Part shown: in pieces, positions 21,168-30,198 of the stretch
How positions within the stretch are numbered: the stretch's first letter is position 1
How the letters are laid out: each line of letters starts with the position of its first letter
Assembly (NCBI GenBank): GCA_043823065.1
Contig: JBDRBB010000008.1
Span: forward strand, 159,355-223,354
Length of the DNA stretch: 64,000 nt
Source: Pseudomonadota bacterium
GTDB taxonomy: Bacteria > UBA10199 > 2-02-FULL-44-16 > DYJF01
Reading direction: 5' to 3'
Notes under the pieces: model-generated
What the model was told of the DNA's origin: nothing
What the model saw: the letters and a program-made list of their open reading frames with translations, nothing else
Database searches by the model: none
Program-made: the position numbers and the translations under genes

Positions 21168-23627
21168 ATGAAACAATATTTTTCGGTTTTTATTACGCTA
21201 TTTTTACTTATTGCTATCGTTGGTTGTGATTCAAGTTCTACAGATCAAGAAGGCATGCCTGCTGATAACTCAGAGGTTACAATTCCGCCAGATCAAAATG
21301 AGCAATTAGGGTTATCCAATCAAGAAAGCAATTTAGTGCTCAAAAAGGCCATGCTTGGTCAGGAAATGGTTTTACTGCCTACCTTAAAGGAAATTTCCGC
21401 CCCAACTACAGCCACGGATGTTTTTGCCACTAAACTGGTTTATTTTGAACAAAAAGTTAATAATCTTTATTTAATGGAAGTAATGGAAGGTCGCACTATT
21501 ACTGATCCTTATGAGCCAGTTAGTATTTTGGCGCAGTTCCCAATTGTTGCTGATACCCAAGATGAGCTTATCTTTGATTTTAAGACTGGTTTTGATGCTT
21601 TGATTATTAATTACGGCGATTTTGTGGATGCAGATTTGCCAGATTCAACAATACCCATTCATGCTTCATATTTGGAAAACTTTGATGCTAAGCCAAAGAA
21701 TTTTTCTTTTGATCATATTGCCCAGGTTTCAGTTGCCAACTTTTTTGGCACTTTTTTGCGCACGGTTAGATTTACCTATACCTTTGTGCCATCACACAGA
21801 GATTTAATTTCTGAGTTACTACCTGATGAAGAAGAGCGTTTTGGCTATTTTCTAACCAGGCCTACTTATGAGCGGGCAACTGGCGAACCACATCAGGTGG
21901 TTCATCGCTGGGATACAACTAAGATTTTGTTTCATATTTCCAGCAACACGCCTGCTGAATTTGTAGATTATGTCAGACAAGGTGTGCTAGCCTGGAATGA
22001 AACATTTGGCGAGGAAGTGATCAAAGTTAAAGATGCTCCAGAGGGCGTGATTTCCGGAACTCCAGGGTATAATGTTGTGCAATGGGTTGGTTTTGATGAA
22101 GCCCCAGGCGCTTATACTATTTGGCATGCCCATCCCCGATCTGGTCAAATTTTAGATGCTAATGTGATCTTTACTTCTGTTTTTGCAGTCAAGAGCCAGG
22201 CTGTGGCCCGTCGCATCTTGGAAGTTTTAGCAGAAAAATCAGAAGATTCAGAAACAGAAAATACCTTGGCTATAGGCTTGGCAGGTTTTGAAACCAATCG
22301 TTTATGTGATAATCGCTTTAGCAAATCAGCTATAGCTTTTTTGAAATTGGCAGCTTCTGGCGAATTTTCAGATGATCAAATTTTAAAAATGTCTCAATTA
22401 TTTGTGAAATCAATTGTCATGCATGAAATTGGCCATGCTTTGGGTTTGCGGCACAACTTTCATGGCAACTTAGGTTCACAAATTTCTGCTGAAAATGACG
22501 AACAGAATTTAAGAGAGGTTATTGCTGGAAATATAGAACAAGGCTCCTTGCCTTCAGCCAGTATTATGGATTATCTGGATTTTCAAGATAGCATCCGTAT
22601 GTATAAGCCGGGAAAATATGATGCCATGGCTATTAGCTGGGCCTATGGTTATGGTGATCAAAACTTTGCTAATCCAAATCCATATTGTACAGATCAAGAT
22701 ATTTACGATAATGCTGACTGTAAACCATTTGACGGCGGAGCTGAGCCGATTTTTTGGTATCAACAAAAATTAAAGGATTATTCAGTTTATTTAAGCAAAT
22801 GGCTTGGCGATACTATTTTAGATCAAATAGAGCGCGATGAAGAAGATGAACCAGTGCTTGATGAATATATTAATCGCTTAGCGTATCTTACTGATTATCT
22901 TGATGAATCCCAAACAGTCTTGGATTTGCCTGGCGCCAGCATTGAAGACAGAAGGGCCAGAGCGGCAACAGCAACTGCAGCATTGTTAAAAGCGTCAGAT
23001 GAAAATTTTAATGCTGTCTTAAATTTAACCAGTGCTAAGCTGCAGGCTAGATTGCAAAGTCTTTCTAGTGCTGATGAGAATAAACAAGAGGTTCTGGCCC
23101 AGTTCCAGAACTTAAGAGACGCCACCTTATCTTTTCTCTTTGATAAGTTGAACATGTTAACCAGACCTTTTCGCCCCTTTAGGCCAGGCCAGACAGATGA
23201 TTATCTGGAAATTGCCGAATCTGGTTCTGGTTTAAATCAAATTGAACAAATTGTAGGGCCTTTAGCCCAGGCCCTGGCTGGCATTGCAGTCAATCATGTG
23301 GCTATTGATGTGCCGTCTGAACCAATGGAGTTTAGATTGGGCGCCGCTAGTTTAATCAATAATTTCAAACCAGCATTAGTTGCAGAAATTAAAGCTCAGG
23401 CCATTGCCAAAGTAGAAGCCAATATTGCTGCCTTGGAAAATGCCAGGTTAACTTTGCCTGATCCAGCAGAACAACAAAGGTATCAGCAATTGATTTATGA
23501 TGAAGAAGAAATTCTGTTTGCTTTAGGAGGTAGGCCTAGGTTTGATTTGCCGGCTGAGCCTCTTGAAGACGAAGAACAAGCTAATGACCAAAATCAGCGC
23601 AACAATAATTATGCTCAGGTCAGTTAA
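21168..23627 (+). CDS. Secreted lipoprotein, zinc-dependent metalloprotease (met-zincin, HExxHxxGxxH)
   Basis: Lipobox LLIAIVGC. Zinc-binding motif HEIGHALGLRHNFHG followed by a Met-turn region (SIMDY). Length is 819 aa. Confidence 0.65.
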   Translation: MKQYFSVFITLFLLIAIVGCDSSSTDQEGMPADNSEVTIPPDQNEQLGLSNQESNLVLKKAMLGQEMVLLPTLKEISAPTTATDVFATKLVYFEQKVNNLYLMEVMEGRTITDPYEPVSILAQFPIVADTQDELIFDFKTGFDALIINYGDFVDADLPDSTIPIHASYLENFDAKPKNFSFDHIAQVSVANFFGTFLRTVRFTYTFVPSHRDLISELLPDEEERFGYFLTRPTYERATGEPHQVVHRWDTTKILFHISSNTPAEFVDYVRQGVLAWNETFGEEVIKVKDAPEGVISGTPGYNVVQWVGFDEAPGAYTIWHAHPRSGQILDANVIFTSVFAVKSQAVARRILEVLAEKSEDSETENTLAIGLAGFETNRLCDNRFSKSAIAFLKLAASGEFSDDQILKMSQLFVKSIVMHEIGHALGLRHNFHGNLGSQISAENDEQNLREVIAGNIEQGSLPSASIMDYLDFQDSIRMYKPGKYDAMAISWAYGYGDQNFANPNPYCTDQDIYDNADCKPFDGGAEPIFWYQQKLKDYSVYLSKWLGDTILDQIERDEEDEPVLDEYINRLAYLTDYLDESQTVLDLPGASIEDRRARAATATAALLKASDENFNAVLNLTSAKLQARLQSLSSADENKQEVLAQFQNLRDATLSFLFDKLNMLTRPFRPFRPGQTDDYLEIAESGSGLNQIEQIVGPLAQALAGIAVNHVAIDVPSEPMEFRLGAASLINNFKPALVAEIKAQAIAKVEANIAALENARLTLPDPAEQQRYQQLIYDEEEILFALGGRPRFDLPAEPLEDEEQANDQNQRNNNYAQVS

Positions 23628-24341
23628 ATTTTTAAATCCTTTTAAGGGCAAATCTATTTCTAAGGAATGACTGATAAAGGTTACTGCATTATTAACGATG
23701 TGGCAGCAGATAGGGATCCATAAGGTTTTAGTTTGGGCGTAAACCCAGCTTAAAAATAAACCTAGAAAAAAATAAAGTAGCAAATACCAGGGATTGCCGT
23801 GTAACAAGGCAAACAGGGCAGCAGTAATGAGAATAGCTTTATTGCTGCCCCATTTTTTTTCTAAGGAATTTTGGCAAAAACCACGAAAGAATATTTCCTC
23901 ACACACACCTGGCAGCACACATAATAAAAATAATTTAAAAATAAATTCCCAGGTGTTTTCAAAAAACATCAAGCGCTCCAGCATGACGTAGTATTCAGTA
24001 GGTAAAGGAAAAAAATGTTCAATACCTGCGGCAAAATAGTCAATCACAACAGCAAAAGGAATGGTCAGCAAAATAGCATAAATCAATAATTTGAGCCGAG
24101 GTAGATTAAAGGGAAAAATTTTGGCCAAATTAAAGTGCAAGATTGCAGCGATTAAAATTGGTAAACCAGCAATAAAAATAATTTCATTAATTAAAATACC
24201 GGCACTGCTGGAAACTTTTTGCATGAAAAAATTGGTAGCAAATTGTAGCAAACTTAAAATAGCCACCAATAAAAAGACCAGAGGAATGCTAGGTGCAGGG
24301 CGTTGGCTGGAAAAAATTTTTTGCCTAAAATTTTGACCCAT
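23523..24341 (-). CDS. CPBP-family intramembrane metalloprotease (CAAX protease-like)
   Basis: EEIFFRGF…LLHGNPW…HIVNN motifs and a multi-TM topology. The start is uncertain (24341 or 24224). The 3' end overlaps the convergent metalloprotease gene by ~105 bp. Confidence 0.6.
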   Translation of the reverse strand: MGQNFRQKIFSSQRPAPSIPLVFLLVAILSLLQFATNFFMQKVSSSAGILINEIIFIAGLPILIAAILHFNLAKIFPFNLPRLKLLIYAILLTIPFAVVIDYFAAGIEHFFPLPTEYYVMLERLMFFENTWEFIFKLFLLCVLPGVCEEIFFRGFCQNSLEKKWGSNKAILITAALFALLHGNPWYLLLYFFLGLFLSWVYAQTKTLWIPICCHIVNNAVTFISHSLEIDLPLKGFKNLTDLSIIIVALILVISLFFVFKRLSRQIKPRPTS

Positions 24342-24576
24342 AATCGTTAAAATAGCGTAAATAAATAGTTTGCGAAGTCTCGGTTAATATCTGTTATATT
24401 TCATGTAATTATACAACACAACGAGTTTTTACTTTTAAGAAGCTTTTTAACGCTTCAATTTTTTGACGTTTTTTCCATGCTAAAAATTTTGGCCAAAAAT
24501 CGAAAAAACCACGTTATTTCAACTAATTAGCCGCAAAAATTCTTGACCGATGAGAACTCTTAAATTAGGCTGGTCC

Positions 24577-24600
24577 CATAAAGTGGTAAAAAGTGGTAAG
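24577..24600 (+). promoter_or_regulatory. Candidate MraZ operator (GTGG direct repeats, 10-bp periodicity) upstream of mraZ
   Basis: AAGTGGTAAAAAGTGGTAAGG immediately upstream of the mraZ RBS. MraZ boxes in other bacteria are GTGG-type repeats at helical-turn spacing. Confidence 0.3.
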
Positions 24601-24610
24601 GAGAACCAGA

Positions 24611-25054
24611 ATGTTTAGAGGCCGTTTTAATTACAATATAGATGCAAAATCCCGGCTTTCCATACCAGCCAAATTTCGGGAAGTGCTGGCCAGTCATTAT
24701 AATGATGAACGCCTAATTATCACCAATTTTGATCAATGTCTTTGGGCCTATCCTTTAGCAGAATGGCAGGACTTAGAAAAGAAAGTAGCTGCTTTGCCTC
24801 AATTCTTAGATGAAGTCCGGGCCCTACAACGGGTTTTTATTTCTGCGGCAACTGAATGTCCAGTAGATAAACAAGGAAGAATCTTGGTGCCGCCAGCTTT
24901 GCGTGAATATGCGGCAATTAATCATGATGTGGTGGTGGTGGGCATGACCAAACGTATTGAGATTTGGTCCAAGGAGCGCTGGGAAGAAGTGTTTAGCGCA
25001 GCGCAAACCAAATTGGAGGGCTTGGGCAGTAAACTGGCAGATTTGGGTTTATAA
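24611..25054 (+). CDS. mraZ: Transcriptional regulator MraZ
   Basis: MFRGRFNYNIDAKSRLSIPAKFR… is canonical MraZ. AAGGAG RBS and first gene of the dcw cluster. Confidence 0.85.
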   Translation: MFRGRFNYNIDAKSRLSIPAKFREVLASHYNDERLIITNFDQCLWAYPLAEWQDLEKKVAALPQFLDEVRALQRVFISAATECPVDKQGRILVPPALREYAAINHDVVVVGMTKRIEIWSKERWEEVFSAAQTKLEGLGSKLADLGL

Positions 25055-25079
25055 GCGATCAAGTTAGAGGGGGAGTAAC

Positions 25080-25472
25080 ATGATGAGACTTACCAAACAC
25101 ACTCAATTACCAACATTTGAAGTCAATCAAATCTACGGTATTTCAGTGGTTAATGTTTCAGGAGAATTATCTCGCTATAATATGCGTTCATTAGAACAGG
25201 TTTTTAATTCATTTTTAGAGCGTGGTCAGTTAAGTATTGTTTTAAATTTTTCTGGTTTGACTCATATTGATTACCGCTTGGTTAGGTGTTTGGCAGATCA
25301 TATCGTTTGTTTTCAATGCGAAGGCGGTGATATCAAAATTGCCAATGCCAGTAGCTATATCCAACAAATCCTAAAAGTAATGGGTATGGAAGAAGACCAA
25401 ATTTCTTGCTCAATAGAAGATGCAGTAATGAGCTATTTTGTCGAGCAACCAGAAGGTGGAGTATTGCAGTGA
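25080..25472 (+). CDS. STAS-domain protein (anti-sigma-factor-antagonist fold, lacks the phosphorylatable Ser) inserted between mraZ and rsmH
   Basis: 130 aa. The STAS-like pattern (…IVLNFSGLTHIDYRLV…) has Y-R in place of the DSSG Ser. GAGGGGGA RBS. Its stop TGA overlaps the rsmH ATG (tgATG at 25470-25474). Confidence 0.55.
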   Translation: MMRLTKHTQLPTFEVNQIYGISVVNVSGELSRYNMRSLEQVFNSFLERGQLSIVLNFSGLTHIDYRLVRCLADHIVCFQCEGGDIKIANASSYIQQILKVMGMEEDQISCSIEDAVMSYFVEQPEGGVLQ

Positions 25473-26371
25473 TGGTAGCTAGTTGGGAAGGGCATCTGCC
25501 AGTGATGATCCAAGAGGTTATCACTTATCTTAAATGTAATTCAGCAGGAATATATGTTGATGCAACATTGGGTGGTGGAGGACATGCTCAGGCAATTTTG
25601 GAAGCCACAAATCCAGAAGGTAAGTTGCTGGGTATAGATCAAGACAAACAAGCTTTGGCTTTTGCCAAGACGCGTTTGGCGCTCTTTGAAAAACGGGTGA
25701 AGTTAAGAGGTGGCAGGTTTTCAAATATTGCCCTGTATATGAAGCAGGAAGGATTTAATCTGGCTGATGGAATTTTGGCAGATCTAGGAGTTTCTTCTCA
25801 TCAGCTGCAAAGTTTGGAGCGCGGTTTTAGTTTTCAAAAAGACGCGCCTTTAGATATGCGCATGGATCCTGATTCTAAGCTTAGTGCCATAGAAGTGGTA
25901 AATCAATTAGCTGAAAAAGATCTGGCTAATCTTATTTACGAATATGGAGAAGAAAGGGGATCGCGTCGTATTGCCAAACAAATTGTAATGAGCCGCAAGC
26001 TCAAGTCAATACAAACGACTCAAGATCTAGCTAAAATTGTAATTGAAGCTTTACCTGGTAAAATGCGGCAAAAACAAAAAATTCATCCTGCTACTAAAAC
26101 TTTTCAGGCGATCAGGATTTATGTGAATCAAGAATTGCAAGAGCTGGAAAGTTTTTTGCAGGTTGCGCCAGAACTTTTGAAACCAGGAGGTCGCTTGGTG
26201 ATTATTAGTTATCATTCTTTAGAAGATCGCTTGGTAAAGAGAAGATTCCAGGCTGCTAAAAAAGAGGGATATAAAGTGATAACCAAAAAAATAATTATTC
26301 CTAGCAGCCAGGAAGTTGCGAAAAATCCAAGAGCGCGCAGCGCCAAGATGAGAGTTTTGGAACGTTTATGA
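25472..26371 (+). CDS. rsmH: 16S rRNA (cytosine1402-N4)-methyltransferase
   Basis: YVDATLGGGGHA SAM motif, conserved position after mraZ, 300 aa from ATG 25472. Confidence 0.85.
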   Translation: MVASWEGHLPVMIQEVITYLKCNSAGIYVDATLGGGGHAQAILEATNPEGKLLGIDQDKQALAFAKTRLALFEKRVKLRGGRFSNIALYMKQEGFNLADGILADLGVSSHQLQSLERGFSFQKDAPLDMRMDPDSKLSAIEVVNQLAEKDLANLIYEYGEERGSRRIAKQIVMSRKLKSIQTTQDLAKIVIEALPGKMRQKQKIHPATKTFQAIRIYVNQELQELESFLQVAPELLKPGGRLVIISYHSLEDRLVKRRFQAAKKEGYKVITKKIIIPSSQEVAKNPRARSAKMRVLERL

Positions 26372-26706
26372 ACAGAAGAATCTTTACCGCACATACAGTC
26401 AGGCGACAGCATGCTTCTTATAAGGAAGTAATGCTACGCAACCGCAAGGTGCGTTTTTTTTCAGCAATTATGTTGGTGGTTATAGTTTTGGCTTTGGTTT
26501 ACGTTTGGACGCGTATTCAAGTGGTGCAACTAGGTTACGATGTCTCTGGTTTAACTTCAGAAGTAAAAGAGCTGAATCAGCAAAAAAGTATTTTGCAGGC
26601 TGAAGTTGCTAAACTTAGATCGCCAGCGCGTTTAGATGAAATAGCGCGCACCAAGTTGGGAATGAGACTTCCCTTTGGTGATGAAATAATATTTGTAGAG
26701 AAATAA
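26368..26706 (+). CDS. ftsL: Cell division protein FtsL
   Basis: Small bitopic protein with one TM helix followed by a coiled coil, in the conserved position between rsmH and ftsI. Its start overlaps the rsmH stop. Confidence 0.6.
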   Translation: MNRRIFTAHTVRRQHASYKEVMLRNRKVRFFSAIMLVVIVLALVYVWTRIQVVQLGYDVSGLTSEVKELNQQKSILQAEVAKLRSPARLDEIARTKLGMRLPFGDEIIFVEK

Positions 26707-26707
26707 T

Positions 26708-28738
26708 ATGCCTCAATTTCAATCAGGAGGAGATGAAAGTAAAAGAAGAGTGGCCCTAAGGTTATTTGCCATAGGTGCCTTTTTTGCCCTGGCTTATGGA
26801 ATACTAATGAGTCGCGCGATTTATTTTCATCTTAAGCAAAACACGGAGATTGAAAAAGTGGCTATGCGGCAATACCGAACCGCTATTAAAAAAAGCACTA
26901 GAAGAGGAAAAATTTTGGATAGCAAAGGCCGAGAACTGGCTATAAATGTGCCAACAGAATCTGTTTATGCTGACCCACGCTTTATTAAAAATCCCAAGCT
27001 GGCAGCAGCTAAACTGAGCGCTATTTTGGGTTTGGATAAGGATAAGCTCTATAAGCTCTTTAGCTCCAAGCGTAAATTTGTTTGGATAAAAAGGAGTGTG
27101 GAGTCTAAATTAGCCCAAAAAGTGCATAAAGAGAACATTTCTGGGGTAGCTATTATGAATGAAAATGGTCGTTCTTATCCAAACAGCAAGCTTGCATCTT
27201 CGGTGCTGGGCATGGTAGGCATTGACGCTATTGGGTTAGCCGGGCTGGAATACCAGTATAACAATACTTTGCTGGTAGATACCAGCAGAAATCATTATTC
27301 AAAGGATGCTAGAGGACATATCTATTTGTCGCCAGCATCAGCAGAGGAAAATCTGTCTGCCACTCATCTTAAGCTCACGCTTGATGAAAGAATTCAATAT
27401 ATTGCGGAAAAAGAGCTCTCTCAGGTGGTAGAAAGATCCAAAGCCAAAGCAGGAGTGATTATCGTGTTAGATCCTCAAACCGGAGATGTTTTGGCTATGG
27501 CTAATGTGCCTAGTTTTGATCCTAATTCTTATGCAGATTATCCAAAAGAAACCTGGCGCAATATAGCCATTTCAGACACTTATGAACCTGGTTCAACTTT
27601 TAAGGCAGTAGTTATTTCCAGCGCCTTAGATAAGGGTGTGGTTAAACAAAATGATATTTTTGACTGTCGGGATGGTGCTCTAAAGGTTAGGAATGTTGTG
27701 ATTAAAGATGCCCACTCTCATGGTAGGTTGAGTGTTGCGGACATAATAAAAGTTTCCAGTAATGTTGGTTCAGCTCAAGTGCAAGCCAAAGTTGGTCGGC
27801 AAGAGATTTATCAAGCTATTCGTGATTTTGGTTTTGGTGAGTTGACAGGTATTGAGTTGCCAGGTGAGGCAAAGGGTATCTTGTCTGATCCTAAAAATTG
27901 GTCAGATATGCAGTTTGTGACTATTGCTTTTGGACATGGTGTTAGCGCCACTCCTTTGCAGATGGCGGTTGCTTTTGCCGCCATTGCTAATGGTGGTGAA
28001 GTTTTAAAACCGCATGTGGTCAAGGAAATAATAGATGAAGAAGGAAAAATCATTTATCAGAGAAAAAAACAAGTGCGCAGCATTGCCCTTTCCAAGGCAG
28101 CTGCTGATTTAATGAAGCAAATGCTGCAAAGAGTTGTGGAGGAAGATGGCACAGGAGTTTTGGCAGCTAGTAGCGATTATCCGGTTGCTGGTAAAACCGG
28201 GACTGCCCAAAAAGTAAATCCCAAAGGGGGATACTTGAAAAATAAATATTTTTCCTCCTTTATTGGATTTGCCCCAGTTGAGCAGCCTCGCGTGGTTGTT
28301 TATGTGGGATTGGATGAGCCTAAAGGTTATTATTATGGAGGGCAAGTGGCAGCTCCAGTGTTTCGTAATGTAGTTGAAGAAGTGCTGAAATATTTGAATG
28401 AGCCAATTCAACACCAAGTAGTTCAGGTAAAAGCGGAGCTAAATGCAGATATGTTGGCAGAAGGTCAGGTTTTTAGCCAACAGGCAGCTCAGGAAATTGT
28501 TCAAGAAAATAATAATATAGTTTCAATGGATAATCAGGTGAAAGCAGTTGGTAAAAATATGTGGCAAATACCAAATTTTAGTGGTCTTACTATGAAAGCA
28601 GTTTTTGAAGCAAGTGGTCAGGCTGATTTGAATTTTAGTTTTGTAGGAAGTGGCCTGGCTGTAAGCCAGAGGCCAGCCGCTGGAAGTGTTGTTCCTTCAG
28701 GGACTAAATGCATTGTGGAATTTAGAAAAATGTTATGA
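26708..28738 (+). CDS. ftsI: Peptidoglycan D,D-transpeptidase FtsI (class B PBP) with a C-terminal PASTA domain
   Basis: Transpeptidase motifs STFK, SSN and KTGT. The C-terminal ~70 aa is PASTA-like. Confidence 0.8.
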   Translation: MPQFQSGGDESKRRVALRLFAIGAFFALAYGILMSRAIYFHLKQNTEIEKVAMRQYRTAIKKSTRRGKILDSKGRELAINVPTESVYADPRFIKNPKLAAAKLSAILGLDKDKLYKLFSSKRKFVWIKRSVESKLAQKVHKENISGVAIMNENGRSYPNSKLASSVLGMVGIDAIGLAGLEYQYNNTLLVDTSRNHYSKDARGHIYLSPASAEENLSATHLKLTLDERIQYIAEKELSQVVERSKAKAGVIIVLDPQTGDVLAMANVPSFDPNSYADYPKETWRNIAISDTYEPGSTFKAVVISSALDKGVVKQNDIFDCRDGALKVRNVVIKDAHSHGRLSVADIIKVSSNVGSAQVQAKVGRQEIYQAIRDFGFGELTGIELPGEAKGILSDPKNWSDMQFVTIAFGHGVSATPLQMAVAFAAIANGGEVLKPHVVKEIIDEEGKIIYQRKKQVRSIALSKAAADLMKQMLQRVVEEDGTGVLAASSDYPVAGKTGTAQKVNPKGGYLKNKYFSSFIGFAPVEQPRVVVYVGLDEPKGYYYGGQVAAPVFRNVVEEVLKYLNEPIQHQVVQVKAELNADMLAEGQVFSQQAAQEIVQENNNIVSMDNQVKAVGKNMWQIPNFSGLTMKAVFEASGQADLNFSFVGSGLAVSQRPAAGSVVPSGTKCIVEFRKML

Positions 28739-30198
28739 AACTAAGTGAGTTGACAAAAAATATTGATATATTGAATTCATTTGGCGAGCTGGACCGCGAA
28801 ATTCGCGAGCTAACCTATCACAGCGGTCAGGTGCAGCCACATGGTATTTTTGTGGCGGTAAAAGGACAGCAAGCTGATGGGCATAAATTTATTGCTCAGG
28901 CTATTCAGGCCGGGGCAAGTGTTGTTGTTACTGAAAAGAAGGTTCAAGTTTCAGAAGAGGTTACTAATTTAGTAGTCGCTGATACCAGAAAAACCCTGGC
29001 CCAGCTTTCAGCTAATTTTTTTGGCGACCCCTCCAGACATATTGCTTTGATTGGAGTAACTGGCACTAATGGCAAGACCACTACCACCTATTTGTTGGAA
29101 GCTATATTTGAGCAGGCAAATTTTAATCCTGGTGTGATTGGCACAATTGAACATCGTTTTGGCAAAAATCGTCTGCCAGCCAAAAACACCACTCCTGAGT
29201 CTTATGATTTGCAAAAACTTTTGCGTCAAATGCTGGATCAGCAGATTAATGTTTGTGTGATGGAAGTTTCTTCGCATGCCTTAATGATGGAAAGAGTAAC
29301 AGGTTGTCATTTTGACGGCGCTATTTTTACCAATCTCACTCCAGAACATTTGGATTTTCACCAGGAAATGGATGCTTATTTTTCAGCTAAAACCAAATTG
29401 TTTCAGGAAAATTTAGCGCAGAGTAAAAAGAAAAATACATTTGCAGCAATTAATATTGATGATCCATATGGCCAAAGATTGCTTGGCCAGAGCAACTATA
29501 AAATTATTAAATATGCTTTAACCAATCAGGCAGATGTTAGGGCAACTGAAATTAAAGCAGGTGCTCAAGGTATTAGTCTAAAAATTGCCACTCCTAATGG
29601 TAGCTTTTCATGTGTTTCAAAGCTGCTGGGTAAATTTAATGTGCATAATATTTTGGCAGCAACTTCCACTGCTATTGGTTTGGGTCTGCCTTTGGAAATT
29701 ATTGGACAAGGGCTGGCTAAAGTTAGAGCTATCCCTGGTCGGTTTGAACAAGTTTTGAATGAAAAAGGAATTTTGGTTTTTGTGGATTATGCGCACACCC
29801 CAGATGCCTTAAGAAATGTTTTAATGCAGGCAAAAGAGTTGCTGACTGGAAATTCAAAACTTATCTGTGTGTTTGGTTGCGGCGGAGATCGCGATAAACA
29901 AAAACGTCCAGCAATGGGAGCGATTGCCTCTAAATATGCAGATCGAGTTTTGATCACCAATGATAATCCCAGAACTGAAGATCCAGCCATGATTATCAAA
30001 GATATTATAGTAGGAGTAAAGGGCGCTAACTTCGAGATTATCGAGGCGCGTGAACAAGCAATAAAAGCAGCGGTAGAAATGGCTAAAGAAGGAGATGTAA
30101 TTGTGGTGGCTGGTAAAGGACATGAAGATTATCAAATTATTGGCACTACTCGTCGTCACTTTGATGACCGGGAAGTTTTACGGGAATATTTGCAATGA
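28735..30198 (+). CDS. murE: UDP-N-acetylmuramoyl-L-alanyl-D-glutamate--2,6-diaminopimelate ligase (mDAP-type, DNPR motif)
   Basis: GTNGKTTTT P-loop and a DNPR motif (DNPRTEDP). ATGA overlap with ftsI. Confidence 0.85.
   Translation: MKLSELTKNIDILNSFGELDREIRELTYHSGQVQPHGIFVAVKGQQADGHKFIAQAIQAGASVVVTEKKVQVSEEVTNLVVADTRKTLAQLSANFFGDPSRHIALIGVTGTNGKTTTTYLLEAIFEQANFNPGVIGTIEHRFGKNRLPAKNTTPESYDLQKLLRQMLDQQINVCVMEVSSHALMMERVTGCHFDGAIFTNLTPEHLDFHQEMDAYFSAKTKLFQENLAQSKKKNTFAAINIDDPYGQRLLGQSNYKIIKYALTNQADVRATEIKAGAQGISLKIATPNGSFSCVSKLLGKFNVHNILAATSTAIGLGLPLEIIGQGLAKVRAIPGRFEQVLNEKGILVFVDYAHTPDALRNVLMQAKELLTGNSKLICVFGCGGDRDKQKRPAMGAIASKYADRVLITNDNPRTEDPAMIIKDIIVGVKGANFEIIEAREQAIKAAVEMAKEGDVIVVAGKGHEDYQIIGTTRRHFDDREVLREYLQ

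Noticed and set aside
24341-24576. tRNA or small RNA gene in the long mraZ upstream region
   Set aside because: No cloverleaf-compatible segments could be found by eye: no GTTC-type T-arm with a matching acceptor stem. The region more plausibly holds the dcw promoter.
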